Under the pieces are notes generated by a model. That model was given only the letters and a program-made list of their open reading frames with translations, did not search any database and was not told where the DNA came from. Of a DNA stretch of 64,000 nt, positions 35,634-45,760 are shown one piece after another. The stretch's first letter is position 1. Every line of letters begins with the position of its first letter. Source of the stretch: Patescibacteria group bacterium (GTDB lineage Bacteria; Patescibacteriota; Minisyncoccia; Phycocordibacterales; Phycocordibacteraceae); the NCBI GenBank assembly GCA_040384705.1, contig JAZKIU010000001.1, positions 405,847 to 469,846 on the forward strand. The letters run 5' to 3'. Both the position numbers and the translations under genes were made by a program.

Positions 35634-36716
35634 ATGGAAGCATTGAAGACTATCCCGGTTGGACTGGTGCGTTCCGTAGTGGAGGAGAATATTCCGACGG
35701 GCTCTGTTCCTAAGTATTCTAAAGTTTACATGAGTTATCCAATGCGGCTCGAAGCAATGGCTCTTGATCCAAGCAAGATCGAAATTCGAGAGGATGCCTC
35801 GTATGCAGCTGGTCAAATCAACTTTAAACTTGGCGCTTTTAGAAATGTAACAGTCAAGAATAATAACAATTCGAATGAGTTAATCATTAGGGCATTGCCG
35901 GCACGAATAGCCCTAGTGCGCCATTCAGCAGAGCTGCTGCGACAAGCCTTAGGCTATGCTGGCGGTTTGATAATTGACGTTGAAAGCGAAATTGATGAAT
36001 TGAGGCATTGCGGCCTGGGCTCAAGTAGCAACACAATCGCGTGCGTTGGCTATGCTATCAACGAATTTTTTGGGAATCCAATTTCTCCTATAGCCCTGAT
36101 GAGATACCTCGCTAGGAATCACGGCGAGGAGATAGATGCGAACCCAAAAGTACTATCCCCTGTTCAATGCATCGGCGGCTCGGCAGCGGCCGGAATCACG
36201 GATGGAGGGGTATTTGTTATTGCCGGATCCCAGACTGTAATTGCTACGCAGCTAGTACCTGATGATTTCACTATTGTACTTGGTATTCCTACGGACTTCG
36301 AGTATCCGGACGCAGAGTATCTCCTTAAGAAGGAGGCCGAGGCAATGCCGAAATTTCTGCACACCGGCAGACAATATGGACCTGAGATTGCTTATCGACT
36401 AGTGCATGAAGGGTTGCCGGACCTGGTCGAGGGTCGCCTAAGCGGTATCGGTAGACTTATCTACGATTACAGATTCAAAATGGGCAGCATCGATAACTGC
36501 TCATTTGTATATCCTCGTATGAATGAGATAGCGCAGGATATTTCTCCTCTATTTGAAGAACATCATGCTGAGATTTTGGCATTGTCGTCCGTGGGTCCGG
36601 GTTTTTTTGCGGTTACAAGAGAGTCAAGCTACTGTGAAGAAATTTTCTCGGCGAGCGGCCTCACTACCTATTCGTTTAAACCTCATAACGGGAAGTACAA
36701 TATAGTATATGGATAA
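35634..36716 (+). CDS. GHMP-kinase-fold enzyme, beta-ribofuranosylaminobenzene-5-phosphate (beta-RFAP) synthase-like
   Basis: The Gly/Ser-rich loop HCGLGSSSNTIACVGYA resembles the GHMP/beta-RFAP synthase motif. About 360 aa. Adjacent and translationally coupled to the neighbours. Confidence 0.45.
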   Translation: MEALKTIPVGLVRSVVEENIPTGSVPKYSKVYMSYPMRLEAMALDPSKIEIREDASYAAGQINFKLGAFRNVTVKNNNNSNELIIRALPARIALVRHSAELLRQALGYAGGLIIDVESEIDELRHCGLGSSSNTIACVGYAINEFFGNPISPIALMRYLARNHGEEIDANPKVLSPVQCIGGSAAAGITDGGVFVIAGSQTVIATQLVPDDFTIVLGIPTDFEYPDAEYLLKKEAEAMPKFLHTGRQYGPEIAYRLVHEGLPDLVEGRLSGIGRLIYDYRFKMGSIDNCSFVYPRMNEIAQDISPLFEEHHAEILALSSVGPGFFAVTRESSYCEEIFSASGLTTYSFKPHNGKYNIVYG

Positions 36717-37368
36717 TTTCATTATCAGTAACGAGTATTGGAATACGGGGGAGACCGTTGAATATTTTGGAACCAAGCCTCCTGATCCACGAATCGTTAA
36801 ACGAGCGAAAGCATTGCTATTAGCGAATCCCGGTATAGCGTTGCGGGCACTTGATCTTGGCTGTGGAGGTGGAAGGCATACACGTATGCTGCGAGATCTT
36901 GGATTTGATGTAGATGCCTGTGATGTAAATCCAGCAATGCTTGAGGCAACGCGATCCATCGCGCCTGAACTCGCTGGACAGGTTGTGGAGGCATCCATAT
37001 TGTCATTGCCATACGCAGACCGAACATTCGACATGATAGTTTCAACGGGTGTGCTGCATCAAGTGTATTCCATAGAGGAGTATGGTCGAGCAACTAAAGA
37101 AATAGCACGCGTCATGAAGCCTGGTGCGATATTTTGCATGAACGTTTTCACCTCCAAGACTATCGATTCTAGACTGCAGAAAATGCGGACTGACGAGCCG
37201 GTCTACCTGACCAATGAGGGATTGCCTATGACGTTATTGAGCAGCACCGAAGTGTGTGAGCTACTGGAGCGACAAGGTATTAGGCTTGAAGGAAAGCCAG
37301 AAGAATCCGATAAGCAAGAACCCACTGGAATCCGCACTGTGTTCCGAGCTATCTTTAAACGAGATTAG
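36709..37368 (+). CDS. class I SAM-dependent methyltransferase
   Basis: Motif I ALDLGCGGGRHT. Motif post-I DVDACD. MTase fold length. Confidence 0.7.
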   Translation: MDNFIISNEYWNTGETVEYFGTKPPDPRIVKRAKALLLANPGIALRALDLGCGGGRHTRMLRDLGFDVDACDVNPAMLEATRSIAPELAGQVVEASILSLPYADRTFDMIVSTGVLHQVYSIEEYGRATKEIARVMKPGAIFCMNVFTSKTIDSRLQKMRTDEPVYLTNEGLPMTLLSSTEVCELLERQGIRLEGKPEESDKQEPTGIRTVFRAIFKRD

Positions 37369-37910
37369 CGGGTTGCGAGAAAGTCGGCTATCTCTTCGAA
37401 ATTCTTGCTCCACACGCCGGAGCGCTCGCTTTCGGGATATTCCGTAAACGCTCTAGTCTCGCCCGCGAGTGCAAGCACGCCATTCCATCCGCCGCGCGGA
37501 TCACCGATAACTTCTTCTGTTTTAATATGGATTTCTACACGATAACTGTACTCTTTTAGGAATCCGTCCGGCTCCGCATAGGCGGCGGCTATTTCAAAAT
37601 AGCCTGTTCGGTCGAGGACTCCTTGCAAAAGCATTAATAACTTTGCTGCAGGCACTTGGCGTTCTACGTATTGCGTATAGGGACCAGGAAGACCGAGATG
37701 CCGTATGAAAAGACTGTGGTCCTCTCGAATCGCAGGCGCCCCGTAGTCCTTAGCTGCTTGAAGAGCCGTCGTACGCGCAATCTCGGCACTCGTATCGGCT
37801 TGGATTTCGGGATAGTCCCGATCAACCGGAAACAGCTCGACACCGTATTTCCCGAAGCTTTCACTCGCTGCACGAACCTTTCCTGGGTTTTGTGTAACTA
37901 GATAAATCAT
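37365..37910 (-). CDS. Ham1/RdgB-family non-canonical NTP pyrophosphatase-like
   Basis: The N-terminus IYLVTQNPGKVRAASE resembles the RdgB LATGNxGKVxE motif. About 180 aa. Confidence 0.5.
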   Translation of the reverse strand: MIYLVTQNPGKVRAASESFGKYGVELFPVDRDYPEIQADTSAEIARTTALQAAKDYGAPAIREDHSLFIRHLGLPGPYTQYVERQVPAAKLLMLLQGVLDRTGYFEIAAAYAEPDGFLKEYSYRVEIHIKTEEVIGDPRGGWNGVLALAGETRAFTEYPESERSGVWSKNFEEIADFLATR

Positions 37911-37969
37911 GCTATAATAATAGCAGACGATAGCAGTTCGTCACAACACCATGTGGATGGAGCACGGAA

Positions 37970-38554
37970 ATGATATTTCTTACCGGCCCGCATGGATCGG
38001 GCAAGACCACAGGAAGCAAGTTGCTTGAGCAATACGGATTCAAAGTCATTGATTTGGGACCGACACTTCGTCGCCTCCACACCGAGAGCGATTCCTCGCT
38101 GTCCTTCGGGGAATGGTGCAGAGCCGGGGAAGCAGATCAAGGAGCGAACTTCACGGATAACCTGCTCATCAACGAGATTAATAAGAGGTTCAGCGCAGTC
38201 GGAGGATCTTCTTCTGATTTCCTGGATCTATTGATTGTGGGTAGTCGTTCCGCTGAGGGCATCCAATATCTTCGGACGCGCGCAAAATGCGAAACAGCAT
38301 ACACCGATTCGATCATCTTTCTGGATGCCCCGTTCGAGATACTTCTGCGCAATTACAGTGAGCGTGAGGGATCACGATATTCGCGAGGTACGTTTCAAGT
38401 TATTCTGGAGCGTGATCGCGAGATGGGTCTGGAATCAATTCGATCGATCGCAAACTATGTGGTCAGAAACGATGGGTCGCTAGAGCTTCTTGCCGCCAAT
38501 TTGGAGGCGTTAATCTTTGTGACGCTTAAATATCGAAGGAGGGTCGTTGAATGA
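37970..38554 (+). CDS. P-loop NTPase / small nucleotide kinase-like
   Basis: Walker A GPHGSGKTT at the N-terminus. 194 aa. Confidence 0.5.
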   Translation: MIFLTGPHGSGKTTGSKLLEQYGFKVIDLGPTLRRLHTESDSSLSFGEWCRAGEADQGANFTDNLLINEINKRFSAVGGSSSDFLDLLIVGSRSAEGIQYLRTRAKCETAYTDSIIFLDAPFEILLRNYSEREGSRYSRGTFQVILERDREMGLESIRSIANYVVRNDGSLELLAANLEALIFVTLKYRRRVVE

Positions 38555-39015
38555 CCAGATCAGATGTACTGGATGCCTGGGAAGCTTTTTTGAAAGGAAA
38601 GCTGACGGAGCAGGAGGCCTCGCTGGACGATGCCGAGAGTACCGCTCGCGATGCTCCAGGATCAAATGTAACGCGATCGGACCAGAGCCGCGAGCAATAC
38701 AGCAACCTGGCACTCGGCCTTCAACAAGTCATCGCGGCAACGAAGGATGCGCTTGGGTTCGTCCAGAAGATTCGACTACAACCGCGCACAACGAACATAA
38801 TCCGACCAGGTTCTCTTGTCAGGACGAGTTCGCCGAACTCGGCGGTTAGTTTCCTTGTCATTCCATTCGCGCAAGGTGACAAACTTACCATCGGCCACGA
38901 AGAAATTCTTGTGATTTCGCCTGAAAGCCCTATCGGCGCTCAGTTAATCGGAAAGGAGGTGGGCGACGAGCTGCGGTATAAGAGTGAAGAGCTAGATATC
39001 GACGAGATTCTCTAG
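38551..39015 (+). CDS. GreA/GreB C-terminal-domain-like protein (Rnk-like)
   Basis: The C-terminal segment VISPESPIGAQLIGKEVGDEL resembles GreA (SPIARGLIGKEEDD). Confidence 0.5.
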   Translation: MTRSDVLDAWEAFLKGKLTEQEASLDDAESTARDAPGSNVTRSDQSREQYSNLALGLQQVIAATKDALGFVQKIRLQPRTTNIIRPGSLVRTSSPNSAVSFLVIPFAQGDKLTIGHEEILVISPESPIGAQLIGKEVGDELRYKSEELDIDEIL

Positions 39016-39047
39016 AGGGTTCCGAAGCGCAGATATTGACCCAAGCC

Positions 39048-39076
39048 AAGGGCCCGCCATGCGGGCCCTTTTCTTT
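39048..39076. terminator. bidirectional intrinsic terminator
   Basis: aagggcccgc cat gcgggccctt + ttcttt. Lies between convergent genes. Confidence 0.7.
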
Positions 39077-39094
39077 ACGGATAAGCCGAAGGCC

Positions 39095-39556
39095 TTACCA
39101 GGCTGAAGTGATCGCTCTTTTGTCCAGCCATTCTTCAATCCTCCGACGTGTCCCGGACGATACGCAATCAGGTAAGTCGCACGGGTCGAAGAAAGACCAT
39201 TGCCCGATTTCAAAGTGTCCGGTTGGGGCAAATGTGAAGGCCTTGATAACGAAAACGGTGATTGTATCCTTCTTATGCTCATACTGATTCAAATACTCGC
39301 TGAGCTCGGCGGCATAGGAAAATTCCGAGATGCCAAGTTCTTCCCTTAATTCGCGACGTAAAGTAGCCTCAGCAGCCTCATCCCGCTTGCCTGCTCCTCC
39401 AGGCAGATACCATCTCTCGTCGTATCGGTGTCGGACAAGTAGGACTTGACCTTGCGGATTAACCAGAATCGCCCTCGCGCCTATTGTGACCGGTCGGGCC
39501 AACCGCCAATACAGTTTCCTTATAATAGTCGCGAGTTTGAGAATGATTTCAAGCAT
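39095..39556 (-). CDS. NUDIX hydrolase
   Basis: Nudix box GGAGKRDEAAEATLRRELREELGI. Confidence 0.8.
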   Translation of the reverse strand: MLEIILKLATIIRKLYWRLARPVTIGARAILVNPQGQVLLVRHRYDERWYLPGGAGKRDEAAEATLRRELREELGISEFSYAAELSEYLNQYEHKKDTITVFVIKAFTFAPTGHFEIGQWSFFDPCDLPDCVSSGTRRRIEEWLDKRAITSAW

Positions 39557-39708
39557 GTTTGCCTCTATTCTAACTGCTACCCAAATAGCGGGTGGCAGGG
39601 GGATACTTGCAAAATATATAAGATATGCTATAGTATATTACAGTGGTTGGATACGACTCATTTGAGCCATATCCCGCCTGAACCTTCAATCTGCAGAGGA
39701 GGCGAGCG

Positions 39709-40341
39709 ATGCTCGTATATATCATCGCCGTGCTTGCGTACGGCGCCGCTATCGCCGCTACCACTGCGGCCTACTGGCACTACGATCGCGACCACCAAGC
39801 GGGCCATACGGTTCCGAATCGCTGGTCCTGGCTCATCTGGGGCGTCACCACCATCGTGGAGGCCCTCACGTTCCAGGCTATCAGCGAGGGTGCGACGGTG
39901 ATCGAGAACGTGCTGAAGACTTCGGTCTTCTACGTTTCAGGCATCTGTTGCATCCTGGTCACCATCCGCATCTGGCGGAAGGCCGAATGGAAGATGCCGC
40001 AGTGGAACGAGGTGATATCCGTTATCGCCTCTCTCGCCGCCATCGTCCTCTGGGTCATCTACCATGAAGCGTGGTGGGCCCACGTGGTCGCCATCGTCGC
40101 CATCCCAGTCTCGTTCATTCCGAGCTGGATCGATGCGCGAAGGAACCCGGAAGCTGAGCAAAGTCGTGCGTGGGGCCTTTGGACCCTCGGTGACGCGCTC
40201 ACTTTCGGCGGCATTCTGCTTCTCATCGACACCGATAAGGAGCTTCCGTACATCATCACTGAGTTCGGGTGCCATGCGGCCATGTGGCTGCTGGTCTGGC
40301 GCACGCGGCTATGCGCTACAGCAAAACGGCTATTGGCCTAG
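39709..40341 (+). CDS. hypothetical membrane protein (210 aa)
   Basis: 6 hydrophobic helices. Confidence 0.4.
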   Translation: MLVYIIAVLAYGAAIAATTAAYWHYDRDHQAGHTVPNRWSWLIWGVTTIVEALTFQAISEGATVIENVLKTSVFYVSGICCILVTIRIWRKAEWKMPQWNEVISVIASLAAIVLWVIYHEAWWAHVVAIVAIPVSFIPSWIDARRNPEAEQSRAWGLWTLGDALTFGGILLLIDTDKELPYIITEFGCHAAMWLLVWRTRLCATAKRLLA

Positions 40342-40448
40342 AGCTAGTAGCCGCGCCCACGGGGGACAGCGCGTACCGCTGTCCCCTTTATTGTTTTCCT
40401 CTGTCTTTCAATTCTGGTTATCAGCACGGTATATAATCCAATCAACCT

Positions 40449-41009
40449 ATGAAGGTGCTCGTCCTCAATAATTTCGCCATTGGGCAAACACATCTCGGAC
40501 AATCCGTCTTCGCTGCGCGTACCTTCAAGAAGGGGGACGTCATTACGAAGTTCACCGGCCCCATACTTCATAAATCGGAGATACCGAAGCGCTATAAGGG
40601 CGAAGCGGATCGCTACGTGCAGATAGGGGCGGATGAGTTCATGGGACCCTCGGGCGAAATAGACGATTTGATAAACCACTCGTGCGAGCCCAACGCCGGC
40701 CTTAAATTCTCCAAGGCAGGAATTCTTCTAGTCGCTATACACCCAATCGAAGAGGGGGAGGAAATTACGTGGGATTACTCTACTACCATGTTCGAGAATG
40801 CCTGGAAGATGAAGTGTGACTGCAGAAAAGGCACCTGTCGCAAGATAATTGGGGACTTCATGCTCCTCGATACACCCCTCCAGCAGATGTACCGCCGCTT
40901 AAACATTATTCCCAAGTACTTGAAAAACTACATGGATAGTGCGGAATATAATGTATATACTGAAGGCATTCAGCAACTACGCAAGCATGCCGCAACAAAA
41001 GGGAAATAA
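40449..41009 (+). CDS. SET-domain protein (lysine methyltransferase-like)
   Basis: NHSCEPN and a Y-containing C-terminal motif (ITWDY). Post-SET-like Cys (CDCRKGTC). Confidence 0.7.
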   Translation: MKVLVLNNFAIGQTHLGQSVFAARTFKKGDVITKFTGPILHKSEIPKRYKGEADRYVQIGADEFMGPSGEIDDLINHSCEPNAGLKFSKAGILLVAIHPIEEGEEITWDYSTTMFENAWKMKCDCRKGTCRKIIGDFMLLDTPLQQMYRRLNIIPKYLKNYMDSAEYNVYTEGIQQLRKHAATKGK

Positions 41010-41165
41010 GCTGTTCTGGGGAGTCGCCATCACTTGCTACGCGCTTGTCGTATTAGCCACGTACTTCCGCATGTACGTCTATCACGCATACCCCATTTAC
41101 TATACGGAGGATGAGATACCTGACGCAGCAGGCGAGATCTGGACTGCCATTAGCGAACTCGGCCT

Positions 41166-42800
41166 ATGATGTGCGAGTGGGATGTCGCGCAGTTTCTTAT
41201 CTTCTCGACGAACGGTGAGCCGCTTATATACTACTCGCATCTTACGTCGATAGTCATATTCCTTGCGCTCCTCGGTTTCACCCTCCTTAAGCTCAAGCAG
41301 TGGCCGCGTGGCGCTTTCCGCCTCATGGCTATCGCCTACATCGTATGGCTGTTCTGCGACTTAGTGCTGTGGGCGAACGACAACATCGAGCATGTATTGT
41401 TCTTCTGGACGCTCATCAACCTCGTTGAGCCACTCATATTCGTCGCGGCATTCGCGTATTGTATCCAGTTCATCGATAACCGTACGCTTTCCTCCAAGAG
41501 CCGGTGGGCGATCTTCGCGCTTCTTTTCCCCACACTGGTCATGGCACCCATGGGCCTCTCGGTCGTCGGCTTTGACTACACCACGTGCGACCGCAATGTT
41601 GTGGAGGGAATTGCTGCGTACTACAACTATTTCCTCGAAGCGCTCTTTGTATTCCTACTCCTACTTAAGACCGGTAGCATCCTTATATACAAGCGATATG
41701 CAGGACGTCGCGTCAGGCTTACGCTGGTCGTCGTTGGAACATCCCTACTCCTCTTCTCGTTCCTCATAGCTAACTTCCTGGGGACGTTCACGGGCGATTA
41801 TGTAACAAGCCAGTACGGACACATTGCCGTACCGATATTCGCTGCCTTCCTGGCATATATCACCATTAAGTACGAGTCGTTCGAGCCGCGCATTCTCCTC
41901 GTGGATACACTGGTCGTTGCGCTGTTTATCCTTCTCCTCTCTCTTCTCTTCGTCGAAGAGAATAACTACCAGATATATGCGAATGCTCTCGCGTTCGCGA
42001 TAATGATCCCACTCGGCTACACCCTCGTGACAAGTATCCGCAAGGAGGTGAAGACAAGGAAAGAGATTCAGCAACTCGCTACCAATCTCGAGTCTGCGAA
42101 CGGAAAGCTGAAGGAACTAGATCAGCTCAAGAGTGAATTCCTCTCGGTCGCGACGCACCAGTTGCGTGCACCGCTCACGGCAATACGCGGCTACGCAGCC
42201 AATATTAGCGAAGGCAGCTACGGTGCGGTCCCAGAATATCTGAACGATCCACTGCATGTCATCCAGGAATCCACCCGGCTTATGGTCAACTCCATCGAGG
42301 ACTACCTCAACATCTCCCGTATCGAGCAGGGACGCATGAAGTATGAGAAGAGCGACTTCGATATCTCCGATATATCGAAGCGAGTCATCGAGGAACTCCT
42401 GCCGGTGGCAACCAAGAAGGGCCTTGCTCTTACCCTCACCGCAAACGAGCCGATAACGGTCAATGCGGATATCGGCAAGATAAAGCAAGTGCTGACGAAT
42501 CTCGTCGATAACGCCATCAAGTACACGGAGAAGGGGAGCATTGCTGTGACTGTAGAGAAGAAGGAGAAGGTCGCACGAGTAACCATCACCGATAGTGGTG
42601 TGGGCATAGCCGCTGATGAGATAGATAAGCTCTTCTCCAAGTTCACTCGAGCGCGTGCTGCGAACGAAGTGAACACGACCGGTACCGGCCTCGGACTCTA
42701 CGTAGCGAAGCAGCTCGTCGAGGGTAATGGTGGAAAGGTGTGGGTGGAATCAGACGGACTTGGTAAGGGTTCTCGGTTCGTCGTTGAGCTTCCGGTATAA
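41166..42800 (+). CDS. membrane sensor histidine kinase (orphan)
   Basis: About 7 TM helices. HisKA (LSVATHQLRAPLTAIRGY). HATPase_c N/G1/G2 boxes (DNAIKYT, DSGVGI, GTGLGLY). Confidence 0.85.
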   Translation: MMCEWDVAQFLIFSTNGEPLIYYSHLTSIVIFLALLGFTLLKLKQWPRGAFRLMAIAYIVWLFCDLVLWANDNIEHVLFFWTLINLVEPLIFVAAFAYCIQFIDNRTLSSKSRWAIFALLFPTLVMAPMGLSVVGFDYTTCDRNVVEGIAAYYNYFLEALFVFLLLLKTGSILIYKRYAGRRVRLTLVVVGTSLLLFSFLIANFLGTFTGDYVTSQYGHIAVPIFAAFLAYITIKYESFEPRILLVDTLVVALFILLLSLLFVEENNYQIYANALAFAIMIPLGYTLVTSIRKEVKTRKEIQQLATNLESANGKLKELDQLKSEFLSVATHQLRAPLTAIRGYAANISEGSYGAVPEYLNDPLHVIQESTRLMVNSIEDYLNISRIEQGRMKYEKSDFDISDISKRVIEELLPVATKKGLALTLTANEPITVNADIGKIKQVLTNLVDNAIKYTEKGSIAVTVEKKEKVARVTITDSGVGIAADEIDKLFSKFTRARAANEVNTTGTGLGLYVAKQLVEGNGGKVWVESDGLGKGSRFVVELPV

Positions 42801-42807
42801 TTTCCGA

Positions 42808-43845
42808 ATGGAGTTCCAGAAGCTTCCGAAGCTATTGCCGGGCGACAAGGTGGCTGTCCTTTCGCCGTCGTTCGCTGCGCCAGGAAAATGGCCGCATATA
42901 CACGACCTTGGACTGAAGCGCCTCCGCGAAATATTCGAGCTCGAGCCGGTCGAATTCTCAGCGACCAGGAAGCTGGGCGCTTCGGGCGCGGAGCGGAGTG
43001 CCGATCTCGTCGCAGCATTCGAGGACCCGAGCATCAAGGGTGTCATAGCATCGCTTGGTGGTGATGATCAGATCACGTATATAAAGAACTTGCCACCCAC
43101 GCCTTTCGTACAGAATCCGAAGCCTTTCTTCGGCTTCAGTGACAACACACACTTCGCTAACTTTCTCTGGTTGAACGGCGTACCTTCATATTACGGTGGC
43201 GCTCTCTTTACGCAGTTCGCTATGCAAAAGGAAATGGATGCCTTCACTACGGAGTATCTTCGGGTAGCGCTTTTCGAGGAGAGCGAGTATGAACTCAAGG
43301 CAAGCGACTATTTCAAGGAGGTTGGGCTCGGGTGGGATGATCCGGCAAACATGGATAGAGAGCGTGAGCGACGCCCGAATGCTGGTTGGCGATGGGACGG
43401 TGAAGAAAACGTTGAAGGAGTGACGTGGGGCGGCTGCCTGGAGTCCATCGATGAGCTTCTGCGGCATGGAGTAGCGATTCCGACTCTCGAGCAGTTCTCC
43501 AGTGTCGTCCTCATGACAGAAACGTCAGAGGAACTGCCTTCTGCAGATTATGTCAGACGGGTATATCGCGCTCTCGGCGAGCGCGGTATCCTCGCCCGCG
43601 TCCGTGCGATTCTTGTTGGACGTCCGAAAGCATGGGAATTCGATAAGCCTAATTCTATCGAGGAACGAGATATTTATAGACAACGTCAGCAAGAAATCAT
43701 TCTCGCTACAGTGCGTCACTATAACTCCACTGTCCCGGTTATCCAGAATCTTGACTTTGGCCATACGGACCCTCAAATACCGATGCCGTACGGTCGACAT
43801 ATACGCATCGACTCGGCGAAGAGAAGTGTCAGTGCGGAATTTTGA
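42808..43845 (+). CDS. LD-carboxypeptidase (peptidase S66, LdcA/MccF-like)
   Basis: GDKVAVLSPS...SLGGDD matches the S66 N-terminal consensus. Confidence 0.75.
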   Translation: MEFQKLPKLLPGDKVAVLSPSFAAPGKWPHIHDLGLKRLREIFELEPVEFSATRKLGASGAERSADLVAAFEDPSIKGVIASLGGDDQITYIKNLPPTPFVQNPKPFFGFSDNTHFANFLWLNGVPSYYGGALFTQFAMQKEMDAFTTEYLRVALFEESEYELKASDYFKEVGLGWDDPANMDRERERRPNAGWRWDGEENVEGVTWGGCLESIDELLRHGVAIPTLEQFSSVVLMTETSEELPSADYVRRVYRALGERGILARVRAILVGRPKAWEFDKPNSIEERDIYRQRQQEIILATVRHYNSTVPVIQNLDFGHTDPQIPMPYGRHIRIDSAKRSVSAEF

Positions 43846-43857
43846 TATAGTCAGCTC

Positions 43858-44490
43858 ATGAAAACCATCTACTTCGTTCGGCACGGAGAGAGCGAGGGAA
43901 ATATCGGTACGCATTATCAGGAAGAGAGCACGCCCCTAAGCGAGAACGGGCGTGCTCAGGCTGAGGCCATGGCTGATCGAGCGAAACGGCTTACGTTGGA
44001 TGGCATCGTAGCGAGCACGATGGTGCGTGCGCAGGAGACTGCTGCTGCTATCTCGCTGGCCACCGGTATTCCAGTTGTGTCGACCGATCTGCTCATCGAA
44101 CGCCGGCGTCCGTCCGAACAGGTGAATCAATTGAAAGTCAGTCCGGCAGCCGTGCTTGCCGAGGAGGAGATCATCAAGAACTCGGGCATTCCTGGCTATA
44201 GATATTCCGACGAAGAGAACTTCGATGAGCTCATGGAGCGAGCGGCGCTAGCGCTTTCGTATTTGCGGGATCATCCAGGACAGGACCTTCTTGTCGTGAC
44301 GCACGGCGTGTTCCTGCGGGTGCTGGTCACCTACGCAATTTTCGGAGAGGGAACCACCGAGCGTGAATTCAAGGGCATACTGAACGCACTTACCTGCTCG
44401 AATACCGGCCTCACTGTCCTGAAGCACGACGCTTCGCGGGAATGCCCATGGTCGCTCCTGACCTGGAACGACCACGCTCATCTGGGATAG
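43858..44490 (+). CDS. histidine phosphatase (phosphoglycerate mutase family)
   Basis: RHGESEGN motif. Confidence 0.8.
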   Translation: MKTIYFVRHGESEGNIGTHYQEESTPLSENGRAQAEAMADRAKRLTLDGIVASTMVRAQETAAAISLATGIPVVSTDLLIERRRPSEQVNQLKVSPAAVLAEEEIIKNSGIPGYRYSDEENFDELMERAALALSYLRDHPGQDLLVVTHGVFLRVLVTYAIFGEGTTEREFKGILNALTCSNTGLTVLKHDASRECPWSLLTWNDHAHLG

Positions 44491-44509
44491 GGTTTGATAT
44501 ACTCCTTTC

Positions 44510-45757
44510 ATGAACCTCGCTGAAGACCTGACGAAACGCGGGCTGGTGGAGCATTCGTCCGCCCCCATCGAGAAGATTCTTGAGAAGAAGCGCACTATAT
44601 ACCTCGGCATAGACCCGACCGCGGACTCGATGCACGTAGGGCACCTCGTTCCGCTCACCACGATGAAGCGGCTCGCGTCCGACGGCCACCGGATAGTGCT
44701 CCTGGTCGGCGGCGGCACCGGCATGATAGGGGACCCGAAGGAGAAGGGCGAACGCATCTTGCTCGACGCGAGGACCATCAATCGGAACAAGAAAGCGCTC
44801 AAGGCGCAGATGCAGAAGTTCATCGGCGCCCGGATAACGGTCGTCGATAACGCCGACTGGCTCGCCAAGGTGAAGCTCATCGATTTCCTCCGCGATATCG
44901 GGAAGTACTTCACGGTGAACGAGCTCATCAAGCGCGACCTGATAAAGCGCCGTCTCGAGACCCCGGACGAGAGCATCTCGTACACGGAGTTCGCCTATGC
45001 GCTCCTGCAGGGCTATGATTTCCTCGAACTCTATAAGAAGAAGGGTGTCGACGTGCAGCTCGGGAGCTCCGACCAATGGACGAACATCCTTTCCGGCGTC
45101 GAACTCATCCGCCGCAAGCTCGGGAAGGAAGCATTCGCGCTCGCTGGCCCCCTCATAACAGACGCGAACGGCAAGAAGTTCGGTAAGTCCGAAGGGAACG
45201 CCGTTTGGCTCGACCCTAAGAAGACCTCGCCCTATCAGTTCTATCAGTTCTGGCTTGGCCTTCCCGACATAGGGCTGGAGAAGTATTTCCGTGCCTACAC
45301 GTTCCTCGACGTGGACGAGATAGACGCGCTCATCACCACGCACATTCAGAACCCAGGCGCGCGCGAGGCGCAGGAGACGCTTGCGCGCGTCGTGACCGAG
45401 CTCGTGCATGGCCCGGCTGCCGCAGCCACTGCCGCAGCAGCCTCAAGCGCTCTCTTCGGGGGATCGCTCGCTGACCTTCCGCGTGAGGCTCATGCCGTCA
45501 TCCTCAACGAAGCGCCCTCCCTGCGCATATCGAGGTCAAATCTCGATATGGATAACGGAGTGCTCGACGCGCTCGTGGAGAGCAAGCTCGCAGCTTCCAA
45601 GTCCGATGCTCGTCGGCTTATCGAGTCGAAAGGAGTGAGCGTGAACGGGAAGACGGTTGAATCGGTAGAGCAGAAGCTTGCGGGGACTGACTTCGTGAAT
45701 GGGCTCGCGCTCCTTAAGAAGGGGAGGCGTGATATCGTCGTACTGGTTCTTAAATAG
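44510..45757 (+). CDS. tyrS: tyrosyl-tRNA synthetase
   Basis: HIGH (MHVGHLV). KFGKS. C-terminal S4-like domain. Confidence 0.95.
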   Translation: MNLAEDLTKRGLVEHSSAPIEKILEKKRTIYLGIDPTADSMHVGHLVPLTTMKRLASDGHRIVLLVGGGTGMIGDPKEKGERILLDARTINRNKKALKAQMQKFIGARITVVDNADWLAKVKLIDFLRDIGKYFTVNELIKRDLIKRRLETPDESISYTEFAYALLQGYDFLELYKKKGVDVQLGSSDQWTNILSGVELIRRKLGKEAFALAGPLITDANGKKFGKSEGNAVWLDPKKTSPYQFYQFWLGLPDIGLEKYFRAYTFLDVDEIDALITTHIQNPGAREAQETLARVVTELVHGPAAAATAAAASSALFGGSLADLPREAHAVILNEAPSLRISRSNLDMDNGVLDALVESKLAASKSDARRLIESKGVSVNGKTVESVEQKLAGTDFVNGLALLKKGRRDIVVLVLK

Positions 45758-45760
45758 GCC

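Noticed and set aside
44248-45409. Minus ORFs opposite tyrS
   Set aside because: Shadow ORFs. tyrS HIGH/KMSKS motifs are on the plus strand.
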